64,000 nt of DNA from Neoechinorhynchus agilis (Eukaryota; Animalia; Acanthocephala), in the NCBI GenBank assembly GCA_051530055.1, contig CM121341.1:9402784-9466783 (forward strand), written 5' to 3'. Positions within the stretch are counted from its first letter, which is position 1. Each line of letters starts with the position of its first letter. Both the position numbers and the translations under genes were made by a program. This document shows, piece by piece, positions 51,690 to 61,559 of this stretch. A model generated the notes under the pieces. That model had not been told where the DNA came from. It searched no databases and was given only the letters and a program-made list of their open reading frames with translations.

Positions 51690-53400
51690 ACTGTAAACAT
51701 CCTCTTCCAATACGAATCAACTTTATACTTTTTTACTTTCAGAACCTCGGTCATGACTCAACTTACAATCATTGCTCAACGTCAGTCTCCACACAACCCG
51801 AAACTTTTGTCAACTCGCCGATACTCCCCTTAGTTTCATCATATAAAGTACTACAGTATCTCAAGGAATTACATAAAAATTCGTCCTCTCAATCCGAAAT
51901 CCCAAACTGGGCTCTTCGCGCCATCATCCCCGAACTTCTCTACCCTCTTACCCACGTTATAAACCTCAGCTTTTTATATGGCATTTACCCCTCTCGCCTG
52001 AAAGCTGCTAAAGTTATCCTTGTTCCTTAAAAGAGGCATCCTATTTCGGCCGAATCATTCCTCCCAATATCCATCCTACCCGCCGCTCCTTCAAAAATCA
52101 TCGAAAAATGTTATAAATCTCGCCTTTTTTCACGATACAATTTGGCTTCCGGCCCAAATTTTCTGCAGCCGATGCCCTACTTTGCATTTATGACAAGCTT
52201 CTACGTAACCTCGACAATATTCCCTTCCACGTCACCCGTCTCATTCAACTGGACTTCTCGAAAGCTTTCGACTCGGTAAACAACTTACTCCTTCTCCGGG
52301 CCCGCTCCGATTTTGGTCTCAACTTGTGACAGATCTACAGGTTCGAATCTTATCTTCATAATCGCAAACAATACACTCAGTTCCGTTCTACCTCTTCTGT
52401 CAGCCTATCCCTCACCAAAGGCGTACCTCAATGTGCTGTGCTGTCATCACTTCTTTTTAATATTTTTCTAAACAACCTCTAACCTCTTTCCTCTCACTCT
52501 AAACTCTTCTTAAACGTCGACGATATCACCCTCATCGCCCATTAACCACACCTCCTCTCCTTCTTCTTAACCTCTAATGAAATTACACACATAAAAGACT
52601 TCTGCACCAATCACAAACTCCACCTGAATTTCTCTAAATGCTTCGAAATGATCCCCTCTCGCCCGCAACCCTACATTCTCTCCTGAGCTTCTAAATGACA
52701 TCCTAGGAGTAACCACCCTAAGAATTATGGGTCTCCAATTTCAATCGAATTTGAAATGGGACTCGCACATCGCTCTTTCCCTCAAGCGCAACACTTTTAA
52801 AATTTATCTCCTCAAACGTCTCCAACATTTAGGAATCCCTTCACCGGATCTTTACATATTTTACTTCGGCTTTATCTTACAATTTCTCGCCTACGGTTAT
52901 CCCGTCTTCTGCAAACTATCCAAATCTCAAATCCGCCGTCTTGAAATGTTTCAAGAAGAAGAGCTTCTAAAAATTGCACAGTTGATTTTCTGCTCTCACC
53001 GAATGCCTCGATGCTATTTTCATAAAACAATCAAAACGCATATCAACCCCACCATCACAATTTCTACTACATATCGCCCCTTTTCTCATGAGCACAACAC
53101 TCTTAATCCTAGTCCGTTTCATCCACCCTCAATTTAACACCTCCATGTACCTAAGCTCCTTTTTCCAAACGCAAAATCTTCTCGGATATCATAGCTTGAA
53201 ATTAACCTGAGGAAAGACCAACCTTACAAACGCTCCTGCAAACAATATCCGCCAATTCCCACTCGAACGGACATCCCCTTACCGGTCATTCCCATCTCAA
53301 CAGACAAACAAAAATTTTTTGTATGTTTTTGAAGACCCAAAAGTACATGGTCCTCTTCTTTGTAAATCAACAAATAAAACGTGTTATTATTATCTATCTT
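51690..53400 (+). mobile_element. Degenerate L2/CR1-like LINE, RT half and 3-prime UTR
   Basis: YPLTHVINLSF, KAAKVILVPK, QFGFR, LDFSKAFDSV, GVPQ, LNFSKC and LRIMGLQFQSNLKWDSHI; TTATTATTAT tail. Confidence 0.85.
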
Positions 53401-53849
53401 ATCGATTATTCTCTAGCCTCTAATAAAGTGGAATATTTATGTTAAATATTGTTGTCTTTCTAGAGATCTGCTTCCGGGCATGAAACGGAAAATAAAAGCG
53501 CAAAATCCTTCAATCGACTTTAATTTCAGATGAACGATAAAAACAGTCCAAAGAAATCTAAAACTTGCTCTACGGGAGCCGAGGAGGTGCAATCATGGGC
53601 TCTCGATAAGAATGATGAAATTTTCACAGATCGCTATACTAAAATATTTATTTCATGTTTCCAATGCTCGTGATCGAGGTAAAAACAATTAGACACGTAA
53701 GCCGGGTACAAGGAGCAAATAAAATTTAATAATGATATTATCCTTTACCACAAATTCATGCTCCATTTTGAATAATCTTTCTATTTTGCATTGATAAATA
53801 AATCACCAAAACATATTGTTGGTCGAATAAAAACTGTTCAAGAATACTT

Positions 53850-54562
53850 GTTTATTCTTAACAACCCAGTTTAGCCGGCATTACGCAGGCAAATACGAAC
53901 AAAACGTAACACTATTACACTTCATGCCTTTTGCTTTGACGTTAATGCTTTGGTCTTTAGTTCATTATCTAATGCAAATCGCCTATAATAAATATCAGTG
54001 CTTTAAATCTAAATGAATATTTAAAATCATGTTACGGAAAATCTTCTTCGACTCCAAAGAAAACCATTGAATTAATTTCAAAAGCTTCGCTTATCGTAAT
54101 CATGAGAATTAGATTTCGTATTCTGTTTACAAAATTAATTGGCTTAGAAATAATCGTATTTTCAACTTATTTTGATACAGTGACTCGGAAACAAATTAAC
54201 GTTTAGACTGTTTTATGGCGAAGAAATTAAAATGATTTTGTTTTAAAATTCGGTATTTCGGAGGCACTATCCTGTACGCGTTTATGGAGGTTGTAAATTG
54301 TTTCGAGATCAAATTGAAAGTTATAAAGATCGATTTTGACAAACGATCTCTCACTGCGAAAAATACCTTTATAACTTTCAATTTGATCTCGAAACAATTT
54401 ACAACCTTGATGAACGCGTACAAGATGATGCCGAAATATCGGATTTAAAAATAAAATCATTTTAATTTCTTCGCGATAAAACAACCAATACGAACAATTC
54501 AATATTCAAACATAATTCTCGTTTATTCTTAACAACCCAGTTTAGCCGGCATTACGCAGGCA
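53850..54562 (+). repeat. 42-bp perfect direct repeats (53850-53891 and 54521-54562) enclosing about 630 bp
   Basis: GTTTATTCTTAACAACCCAGTTTAGCCGGCATTACGCAGGCA occurs twice. Confidence 0.92.
54209..54512. mobile_element. Palindromic MITE family, copy 2
   Basis: Long near-perfect inverted arms (GGTTGTAAATTGTTTCGAGATCAAATTGAAAGTTATAAAG / CTTTATAACTTTCAATTTGATCTCGAAACAATTTACAACC); shares outer arms with 35583-35830. Confidence 0.8.
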
Positions 54563-55005
54563 GACCTTATTGAAGAATAGATAATCAATATTCTATCGTT
54601 AAAAAATGATCAAAAACTACGCTAATTAAAATTCAAAAATCGCCTGGCATTGCCATCAACGGACTCTCCTTTGCAGTCTTCGATTTGATTTAATTAGATG
54701 CTAACATTCTGCCGTTAAACACGATTAGTTCGCTAACGACTAGTGAGGAATCCTTTTTACAGACTTGAATTTCGTTCACTACCAATTAAATGATCGCTTA
54801 CAATTCGAACCCATGTCGTTTTTCTGGATTATACGGAATGCAATTATTTTGAATCTTTTAAAATTAAAAACAACTGGCCATTGGAAGTCTTAAACCAAAA
54901 ATTCAGTGATCAAAACGGTTCTTTTTCCTGCTAGGCTAAATTTGCGCCCCATCGCGTCGAACTATAAAATTAACCGAAGATTAAATCTATACGTCATATA
55001 ATTAA

Positions 55006-55029
55006 TGAACACGTGACGTCACGTGTTCA
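55006..55029. promoter_or_regulatory. Perfect 24-bp palindrome: E-box / CRE / E-box
   Basis: TGAACACGTGACGTCACGTGTTCA contains two CACGTG sites overlapping a central TGACGTCA, about 225 bp upstream of the TBP-like ATG. Confidence 0.6.
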
Positions 55030-55254
55030 ATCTCCCTCACCCCCGGATTCATACTTTCCCAAATATTTAATAGCAAAGAAACAAACAAATTGCTCGGCCT
55101 TATGTATTTAGAACTTCGAAGTTGAATAGAAGGTGCTTCAGCCCAATAGTTCTCCTAAACTTGAAAAAATTGACCCACATAGCCTCCTTGTATCGAATTT
55201 GCTTTAAATTTATAAACAGAAGTAGATTTCAACTTACTTTTACTTTAGACAAAA

Positions 55255-55872
55255 ATGACATCGTCTCTCACTACCGCCTACAACTGCAGTGCAAAATTCA
55301 AAATGAACGAAGTGAGTCTTGTCGAACTCAAGAGGAAAATGCCGCATACGGAATTGCAAAAAGGACCAACAATCTTATACACTGTACCAAATGATCGTGA
55401 AGATTTGATGTTTCCTGGTGCAACGGCTCGCATTTTTAGAAGTGGGAAAGTCGTCGTAAATGTACAAAGCGAAGTACAAGACGGAGCAAAGTTATTTTCT
55501 AATCATGTTGCTGAACTCATTGGTAACATTTGCCTCAGAGCCGGACAAATGAGCGATTATTCGATTACAAATATCGGATTGAATATAACTTTAAAATATT
55601 GCGTTGACCTTGACTTGTTATTTAACAATTGGGAAGCAATGAAGTTGCCAGATTTGAGGAAAACTGTAAAGCGGGTATATTATTACCCAGAGTTCTCCAA
55701 AGTCGGAGAAATTTGGTTTAGGGAATCAAGCGTAAAAATTACTGCTCATGGCAATGAAATGCTCCAACTTTCGGGTACAAGCGCCGAGGAGATGATGGAG
55801 AAATTTAGAATAGTTGAACCCCTGCTAGAACATTTCGAAGAAAACAAACAAACGCGCGAGATCTTCCAGTAA
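55255..55872 (+). CDS. Highly divergent TBP-family (TRF/TLF-like) domain, intronless
   Basis: Two-repeat TBP pattern: YNCSAKF ~ QNIVST; PGATARIFRSGKVV ~ PRTTALIFSSGKMV; DYSITNI ~ DFKIQNM; YYPEF ~ YEPELF; LSGT..EEMMEKFRIVEPLLEHF ~ LTGA..EIYEAFENIYPILKGF. A TTTACTTTAG acceptor lies just upstream of the ATG. Confidence 0.8.
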   Translation: MTSSLTTAYNCSAKFKMNEVSLVELKRKMPHTELQKGPTILYTVPNDREDLMFPGATARIFRSGKVVVNVQSEVQDGAKLFSNHVAELIGNICLRAGQMSDYSITNIGLNITLKYCVDLDLLFNNWEAMKLPDLRKTVKRVYYYPEFSKVGEIWFRESSVKITAHGNEMLQLSGTSAEEMMEKFRIVEPLLEHFEENKQTREIFQ

Positions 55873-56815
55873 ACCCAGAAAACGTACGGCTGATGTTGAA
55901 CTTTCGGATAAATCAGTAGTAGCTGAACCAAAGAGGAGGTTAACGGAACACGAAACGACCGCAAAAGACGAGCAACATCAGAATGAAACTGAAGTGAAAC
56001 GTTCACGTCCTGATCGTAACGATCCCGATAGGTCAGTTCAGCGAGTTTCATCGTATGGCGTTTCCACTGGATCAACTCAATGGCCATTGGTTCAAATGGG
56101 ACAATCCTTCTCCCAACAGCAGCAAATAAATCGCGGCCACCAACGATCGATTCAACAACGACAGCAAAATGCCAATACGAGTGTTCAATCTAACTACATG
56201 GCGTCTATACCATCGTACGGTGAAAGTTTTGTTCAACCAATGAGCAGTCAACAGGAAGTTCCGTTAGATCTGTCGATGCCGCGAGGACGCTATCCAATAC
56301 AGCAGGACAACCGAGGAAATGCCTACTCGCAGCATTCTTACCAATTGCAAAGGTATCCGCAAACGTGGACCCCTTACGATTTGATTGCGGTTCAACCTCA
56401 GGCGCAACCCATGAGCAATGCCTATAACAATTTCCAAGGAACTTCATTATCGACCTCTAATGAGTACGTCTATCGACCAGGATATTTCCGAATGATAAAT
56501 CAATCGTTGCCAAATAGTATGGAAGTTTATCCTGGAGGATATTACGCCGAAAGGCCCTATATTAATGAACGTTTCCCACAGCGACTATATCATCGAGCAA
56601 GCCAATCCAATCCATCGAGAATGGTACATAACCTTCAAAACTATTACGATGGAGCACGATGGAGTTCGCAACAACCGAATAATTTTCAAGGAATTCCTCA
56701 GTTTCCTACACGAATGGAAATGCCGCAAGGAACAAATTATCGAATGGCTTACAATCCTAATGCGCTGGTCCCACGCAGCCATCAACGACGTACTAGAAAC
56801 CGATCACGTCGTTAA
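55829..56815 (+). CDS. Basic linker plus Q/N/S/Y/P-rich low-complexity domain with PLDLS; probable C-terminal continuation of the TBP-like protein in the +1 frame
   Basis: The frame is open from 55829, overlapping the TBP-like 3-prime end: KTNKRARSSSKPRKRTADVELSDK...EVKRSRPD...EVPLDLSMP...RRTRNRSRR. There is no ATG until 56096. Confidence 0.7.
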   Translation, partial: NISKKTNKRARSSSKPRKRTADVELSDKSVVAEPKRRLTEHETTAKDEQHQNETEVKRSRPDRNDPDRSVQRVSSYGVSTGSTQWPLVQMGQSFSQQQQINRGHQRSIQQRQQNANTSVQSNYMASIPSYGESFVQPMSSQQEVPLDLSMPRGRYPIQQDNRGNAYSQHSYQLQRYPQTWTPYDLIAVQPQAQPMSNAYNNFQGTSLSTSNEYVYRPGYFRMINQSLPNSMEVYPGGYYAERPYINERFPQRLYHRASQSNPSRMVHNLQNYYDGARWSSQQPNNFQGIPQFPTRMEMPQGTNYRMAYNPNALVPRSHQRRTRNRSRR

Positions 56816-57827
56816 TAGGAATCGTTTATATGCTGCAAATTAATTCGATTTGTTTGACGCCACTAATCGAATATTTTCAACTAAGTGCATTTAGCAAAGG
56901 ACATTTCCGATTTTTGAAAGACGAACGTCCTGTGGAAATTAAGGAGATTACGACTGTTTTGGTTGTCGTGGAAGATAAATTATGGGAGGAATCGATATAA
57001 GTTTTCGATCGGCAATGGTTGGATCAGAGACAATTGGATGAGCTGATTTATGGTATAATGATGTAGGGACTCGGTGATAACTTTATATTTGTTTCGGAAG
57101 GAAAATCGCGTTTAATGTGGAAAAACTATGTGGTTGTCTTTTATAGCTTTTCGGGCGCCTATGGAATTGCACATAGTCAAAGAAGTTAGGGATTCGGTTA
57201 CTATTCGAGTTTTTAAGATGTGAAATATGTTTTAGGCTATTCTTTAAAAGCGATTGGTTAGAGGGACGGCGGTAGCATGCGATGATGGTACTGATGCTTT
57301 ATTCGGATTGTTGAGGTTATTGGTTACGATAGCTTTTTTTTTTCGTAAATTCGACGCTAATATTTCCAGAAACGAGTTCATTGTCCAAATCTAAAGATTT
57401 ATGTAGCGATTACGGGGTTAAAAAGGTAAAATTTATGGCGCGGGGTGTTTCAAATGATAATAAAACTTAAACACACCTTTATTATCCAGTCTATAATCAC
57501 TTAAAGTCTCTACTTGTGCCTTTAAAATGCTAAAATCGTTATTAGAACATTGCGTTTCTTCAAAAGTTGCGAAATAAATATATCCTGAAATGCTAACAAC
57601 TAGAAAAACTTTCTGACCAATCGGTGAACAGATTTACGTTCATTTAATTGAGATCATTTCATTAAATAAATTTAAGAGCACGTCTCCAAGTTCAGCTTTA
57701 TCTCAATTTCTAAAGTGTAACGTTAAGCGCAAAAACGTCGGGAAACTTTGTCATTAATTTCGAACAAAGACGAAACACGCAAACGATTGAAAGTAACGCG
57801 GAAACCAATTTAGAAACTACTTTATTC

Positions 57828-58433
57828 TCAGTAACATTTGAAAAATGTGCTCCCAACAACAATTGCACAAAGCAGCATAATAAATATCGCCGTCCACATT
57901 ATGTATAAAATGCAACGGTCACCATCTGAACCATCTTCTTGTGTTGTTGAAGTCTTAGATTTTCTAATTTTTCCAGAATTTTGGTTTTTCAAATTTTTAA
58001 CTTTGGATATAGCCGTATATTTATTTTCGATGTTTGATGTTGGATTGACTTCTTCTTTTTGCTTCAAACCCCCAATAACCATAATTTTATTGTTGTCCTG
58101 ATTGACGACTTCATCAACAATTTTTTTCCAGCCTTCGCGATAGTCTTGCCACGTTTTCTTGTTTTCATGATGGAAGGATAGGTTCAAATCACTATCTTTA
58201 CTGTTGTTGCTGACATCAACTTTCTCTTCTAACTCCGTAGCCCCACAAAAGCATTTTACTAATGCTCGCAATATTCCGCGAAATCCTTTTAATTTTTTGG
58301 TCTCCTTTGTGTTCCCACCATTGCTAATTTCACTTAGTTTTGTATCACGGCTCTGCTTAAAACAAAAGCATTTTCTCATCACTAAACGAAAAGATGTTTA
58401 GAAAAAATATAAAATTTTATACTTACTTTTCAT
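57828..58433 (-). CDS. Orphan tail-anchored membrane protein (about 186 aa) with N-terminal Cys motifs
   Basis: An ATG AAA A exon, a 45-nt GTAAGT..TTTAG intron (58382-58426), then MRKCFCF..KCFCG, a K/N/S-rich middle and a C-terminal hydrophobic ILYIMWTAIFIMLLCAIVVGSTFF. Confidence 0.7.
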
Positions 58434-58849
58434 TTTACTAGTATTAAAGCCGCAATATTACAAAAGTGAAACGTTTAAGGATGAAAAGTTGCCATAGTGA
58501 TGCAAAAATTTTTTCTTGAATTCTGATTGGACAGATTTTAATCTTATCAATCTGTCGCATTGGGAAGAAGAGAACTTGATTGTTTCAAGCTTAAACTTAA
58601 CGCGATCATCGAAGGCCTAGGATAGTTCAATATTTTTTCGATCTTTTAAGTTTGAAACTCGATACTAAAATTCATTCGAACTTATTTTGTTTACGGTCGT
58701 CAGGTTACGTTTGCTGATCTTTAGAAATGGAATATATTATTTCCGTTTACTCGATAACTCCTTCGTAAATCTAAGTGCCCAGCTACCGAGCGCACCAACA
58801 GTCTCCACTCCACACTTTTTTATTTGTAAAACATAATAAAGTTCTAAAC

Positions 58850-60390
58850 GTGCAATCACCACCGTCCGCAAAATTGCAGCTTCTCTCTTTCCTCGGCTGT
58901 CGCTATCACGCTAGCGGCATTGCCTCGTTGTACTGTCAGCGAGATATTTTGTCGCAGGAATACACTTGCGCGTGCGTCGCCGGTCGTTACTCTCAATTTC
59001 TTCGAGAGATCCTGGAGGGAGTGGTGAGCTGCCAAGCGCTCCATACGACTCTACTCCGATGGGGACAAAATAGTGGGCCCTTGCTAATTCTCCATATTTT
59101 CGTCCCCTCCTCTAGCGTCCCAGAGAAGGCATTTGCCCTCCCGCCACGGAAAGACCGAAATTCCGTCAGGTCGACGACCGTCTAGTCAACAAAGATGATC
59201 GGGTTCAAAGATGTTGGGGAAGTTCCCATACATTAGCTCCTTGACTTTGGCGGCGTCTTCGATGTTAAATACTAGGGGCTCACACTTTCCAGCATTAAGA
59301 TCAACGCCCAATCTCGCAGTCTCCCTAACCAGCGTCTCCAAATCGTTCAGTACAACGGAGGGATCACCTCCGAGCGCAGCGTCATCCGAGTACCAAGCGT
59401 TGAAGCTGGAATGGAGAGAATGCGCTATTGGATTTACTGTTAGGGAGAATGCGATTGGGCCGAGGGGATCTCCTTGCTGCACTCCTCTTTCGGACCAAAT
59501 GAGATGGTCTTCGAAAAGCAAAGGAGTCGCCACCAGTAGGCATTGAGAAAATACTGGAAGGCTTCTGGTGTTTGATCCCTAATTGCGCGGAACATGCTTT
59601 CTTTATTGAGAGAGTTAAAGGCATTCTGAAAATCATACTGAAGAATCACGCACGGCTCTGAGCTTCTCGTAGCAAAGTTTCGGAACGAGTGGACAATAGC
59701 TTCCGCCCCGCAGGATGTGCAGCTGGACTGGGCGAAGTTACTGCCCGTTTTTCTCTGTGATACGTTTACAGAGAATTTTTTTCCTGCAAGTCGACGTATC
59801 GTCGAAAATACGGCGATGGGACGAATCCCACCTTCTTTTTTAGCCGAAAACATTGACCAGGTCCAGTTCGTCCAGCTCTTCCCGCACGCTGTTCAGCATT
59901 CGCTTGACTAATCGGAAACACTTGGAGGGCAGGATGTGCTATTTGGTACACTGAAAAAATCCGAAAAATAGGTCTTTTGCAGAGCGCACTTTCTAGTGGG
60001 CTGTTTCACAAGTTGTAAAGGACATCATGTCTTTTAGGTGCTGAGGCCCTAGCCCATCGAACCCATGGCCCGATCCATTTGCAAAAGGTGGGATGGCATT
60101 TTTTAATTCTGAAATTTGAGCGGGTGTCCTGTCTTGTATGGGAGAAGGTGGAATTTCTAAACTGCCACTACTGCATGGGTGTTTTGATCGAAGTATTTGT
60201 AGTGTCGTGTTGTCTCCTTGTGCAAAACTGTTGCAGGATGACAATAACCCGAACATTTCCGTTCGCAAGCTTCGAAGAGACACGTTCAGTCAGGGATCGC
60301 TTGGACAGAACGCTTCGTATTTAGGAATTGCCGTCCGTACCCTTGGCTAGGGTTTCGCTAGGCTGCAGACAGCGACAGTAGGAAACTCAA
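58850..60390 (-). mobile_element. Internally deleted CRE copy
   Basis: [33 protein letters not shown] and WYSDD, then a direct jump to [21 protein letters not shown] and QNISLTVQRGNAASVIAT. Confidence 0.9.
59841..59930 (-). pseudogene. DHX38: Captured DEAH-helicase motif VI fragment (Prp16/DHX38-like)
   Basis: [30 protein letters not shown] is embedded between CRE RT segments. Confidence 0.8.
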
Positions 60391-61149
60391 TAATCCATTC
60401 ATGAACGTCGCTATTTAGATGACGATCCATTTAGCTGGGCATGCATTTATTACCCAGTTATCAAACACTTTACAATGTTGTTATTAAAAGATCAGTCTTT
60501 TAGAGTTGAGTCTTTTCTATTTTTAATTCGTTGTACACCATTTCGAAGTGCCCTTTATTGTTTGGGTTTTTAATCGTTTGCTGTTGCCCCCTTTTTTTGA
60601 GAATTCTTCATTGTTGCTATTCCTGCAGGAGCTACGATCCATGTAGTTTCCCCGATTTATGAGTTGTTGCCTCTGGCACCACCGTCGGCCCGAAAAAACA
60701 TGGAATACCATCAAGGACTGCTCGGCTGCGGTATTTGCAACATTCCGCGCAGTTCGCTGTCGAATGGAGAGGAGCCTCAGGCGGGGGAGTAAAGAGTTGC
60801 TAAATGTTCCCCGGAATATCACTGCTAGACTGATAGTCGAGAATTTATTCTCCGGCACGTTTAGTTCTCTTGTAACTACTGGTACAATGGGCGCAGATCC
60901 TTCAAAGAAGAATCTCAACATTTTGGTTTTCAACTCTGAGGATGCCTGAAAGATGAATTGATTAAATCATTGAGTTTAAGGACGGAGCGTAGTCTTTACT
61001 AAGCGGTGTTTTCTCATTTCTACTTCGATTTGTAAATGAGCAATCGAGTTCGTCGAGAAATTCTAAATGCTTTCATCAGTGCGATGAATGATTTTGAAGT
61101 CCAGAAAACCGGAAAAGGTTGAAAAATAAAATTTAAAAATTGTTTTGGA

Positions 61150-61330
61150 CAATCATAAAAGAATCTCTCCGGATCCTCACGTGCCTCCAGGAGGCGGGAC
61201 TCATCCGTGAGTTTCCTTCCTTCAACGAAGTATTTCGTCCCCTTTGGTTGTGCGTCATCGGTGGTAACGGATTCGAATCCGTTGACCCTTAACTGTGATC
61301 AAGAGCATTAGTCGACTACTGCTGATAGCG
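61150..61330 (-). mobile_element. Divergent relative of the tRNA-derived SINE
   Basis: B-box-like GGATTCGAATCC followed by the shared core GATG.C.CACAA..AGGGGACGAAATACTTCGTTGAAGG.AGG.AACTC, then GAGGATCCG and a GTCCAAAA end. Confidence 0.6.
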
Positions 61331-61559
61331 TAGGAAATCGCTGGTTTAATCGTAGAGTTTTCTACGGCAGTAAAAGTCTCAAAGTAACGCTAAGGGCCTG
61401 GATGGTAGATTGTTACGTTCTGGGATGCGGAATCAGGAACCATTTCGTCAAGTGGGAAACTTATAGCACTCTAGAGCATAACAATGGAAGCAATGTAAAG
61501 GAACGGATGCAAAGGGATACTTTGTACAATTGCGAAACTCTTTTTAAGACGATTTGTGC

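Noticed and set aside
60523-60947. 136-aa minus-strand ORF after a TCTTTCAG acceptor
   Set aside because: No recognisable motif or partner exons; cannot be distinguished from chance.
61185-61260. Hammerhead-ribozyme-like signature on the minus strand (GGGAC-GAAA ... CGGATGA-GTCCC)
   Set aside because: The core reads CGGATGA rather than CTGANGA, stem III with a UH site cannot be formed, and the 3-prime half is absent from the other family copies.
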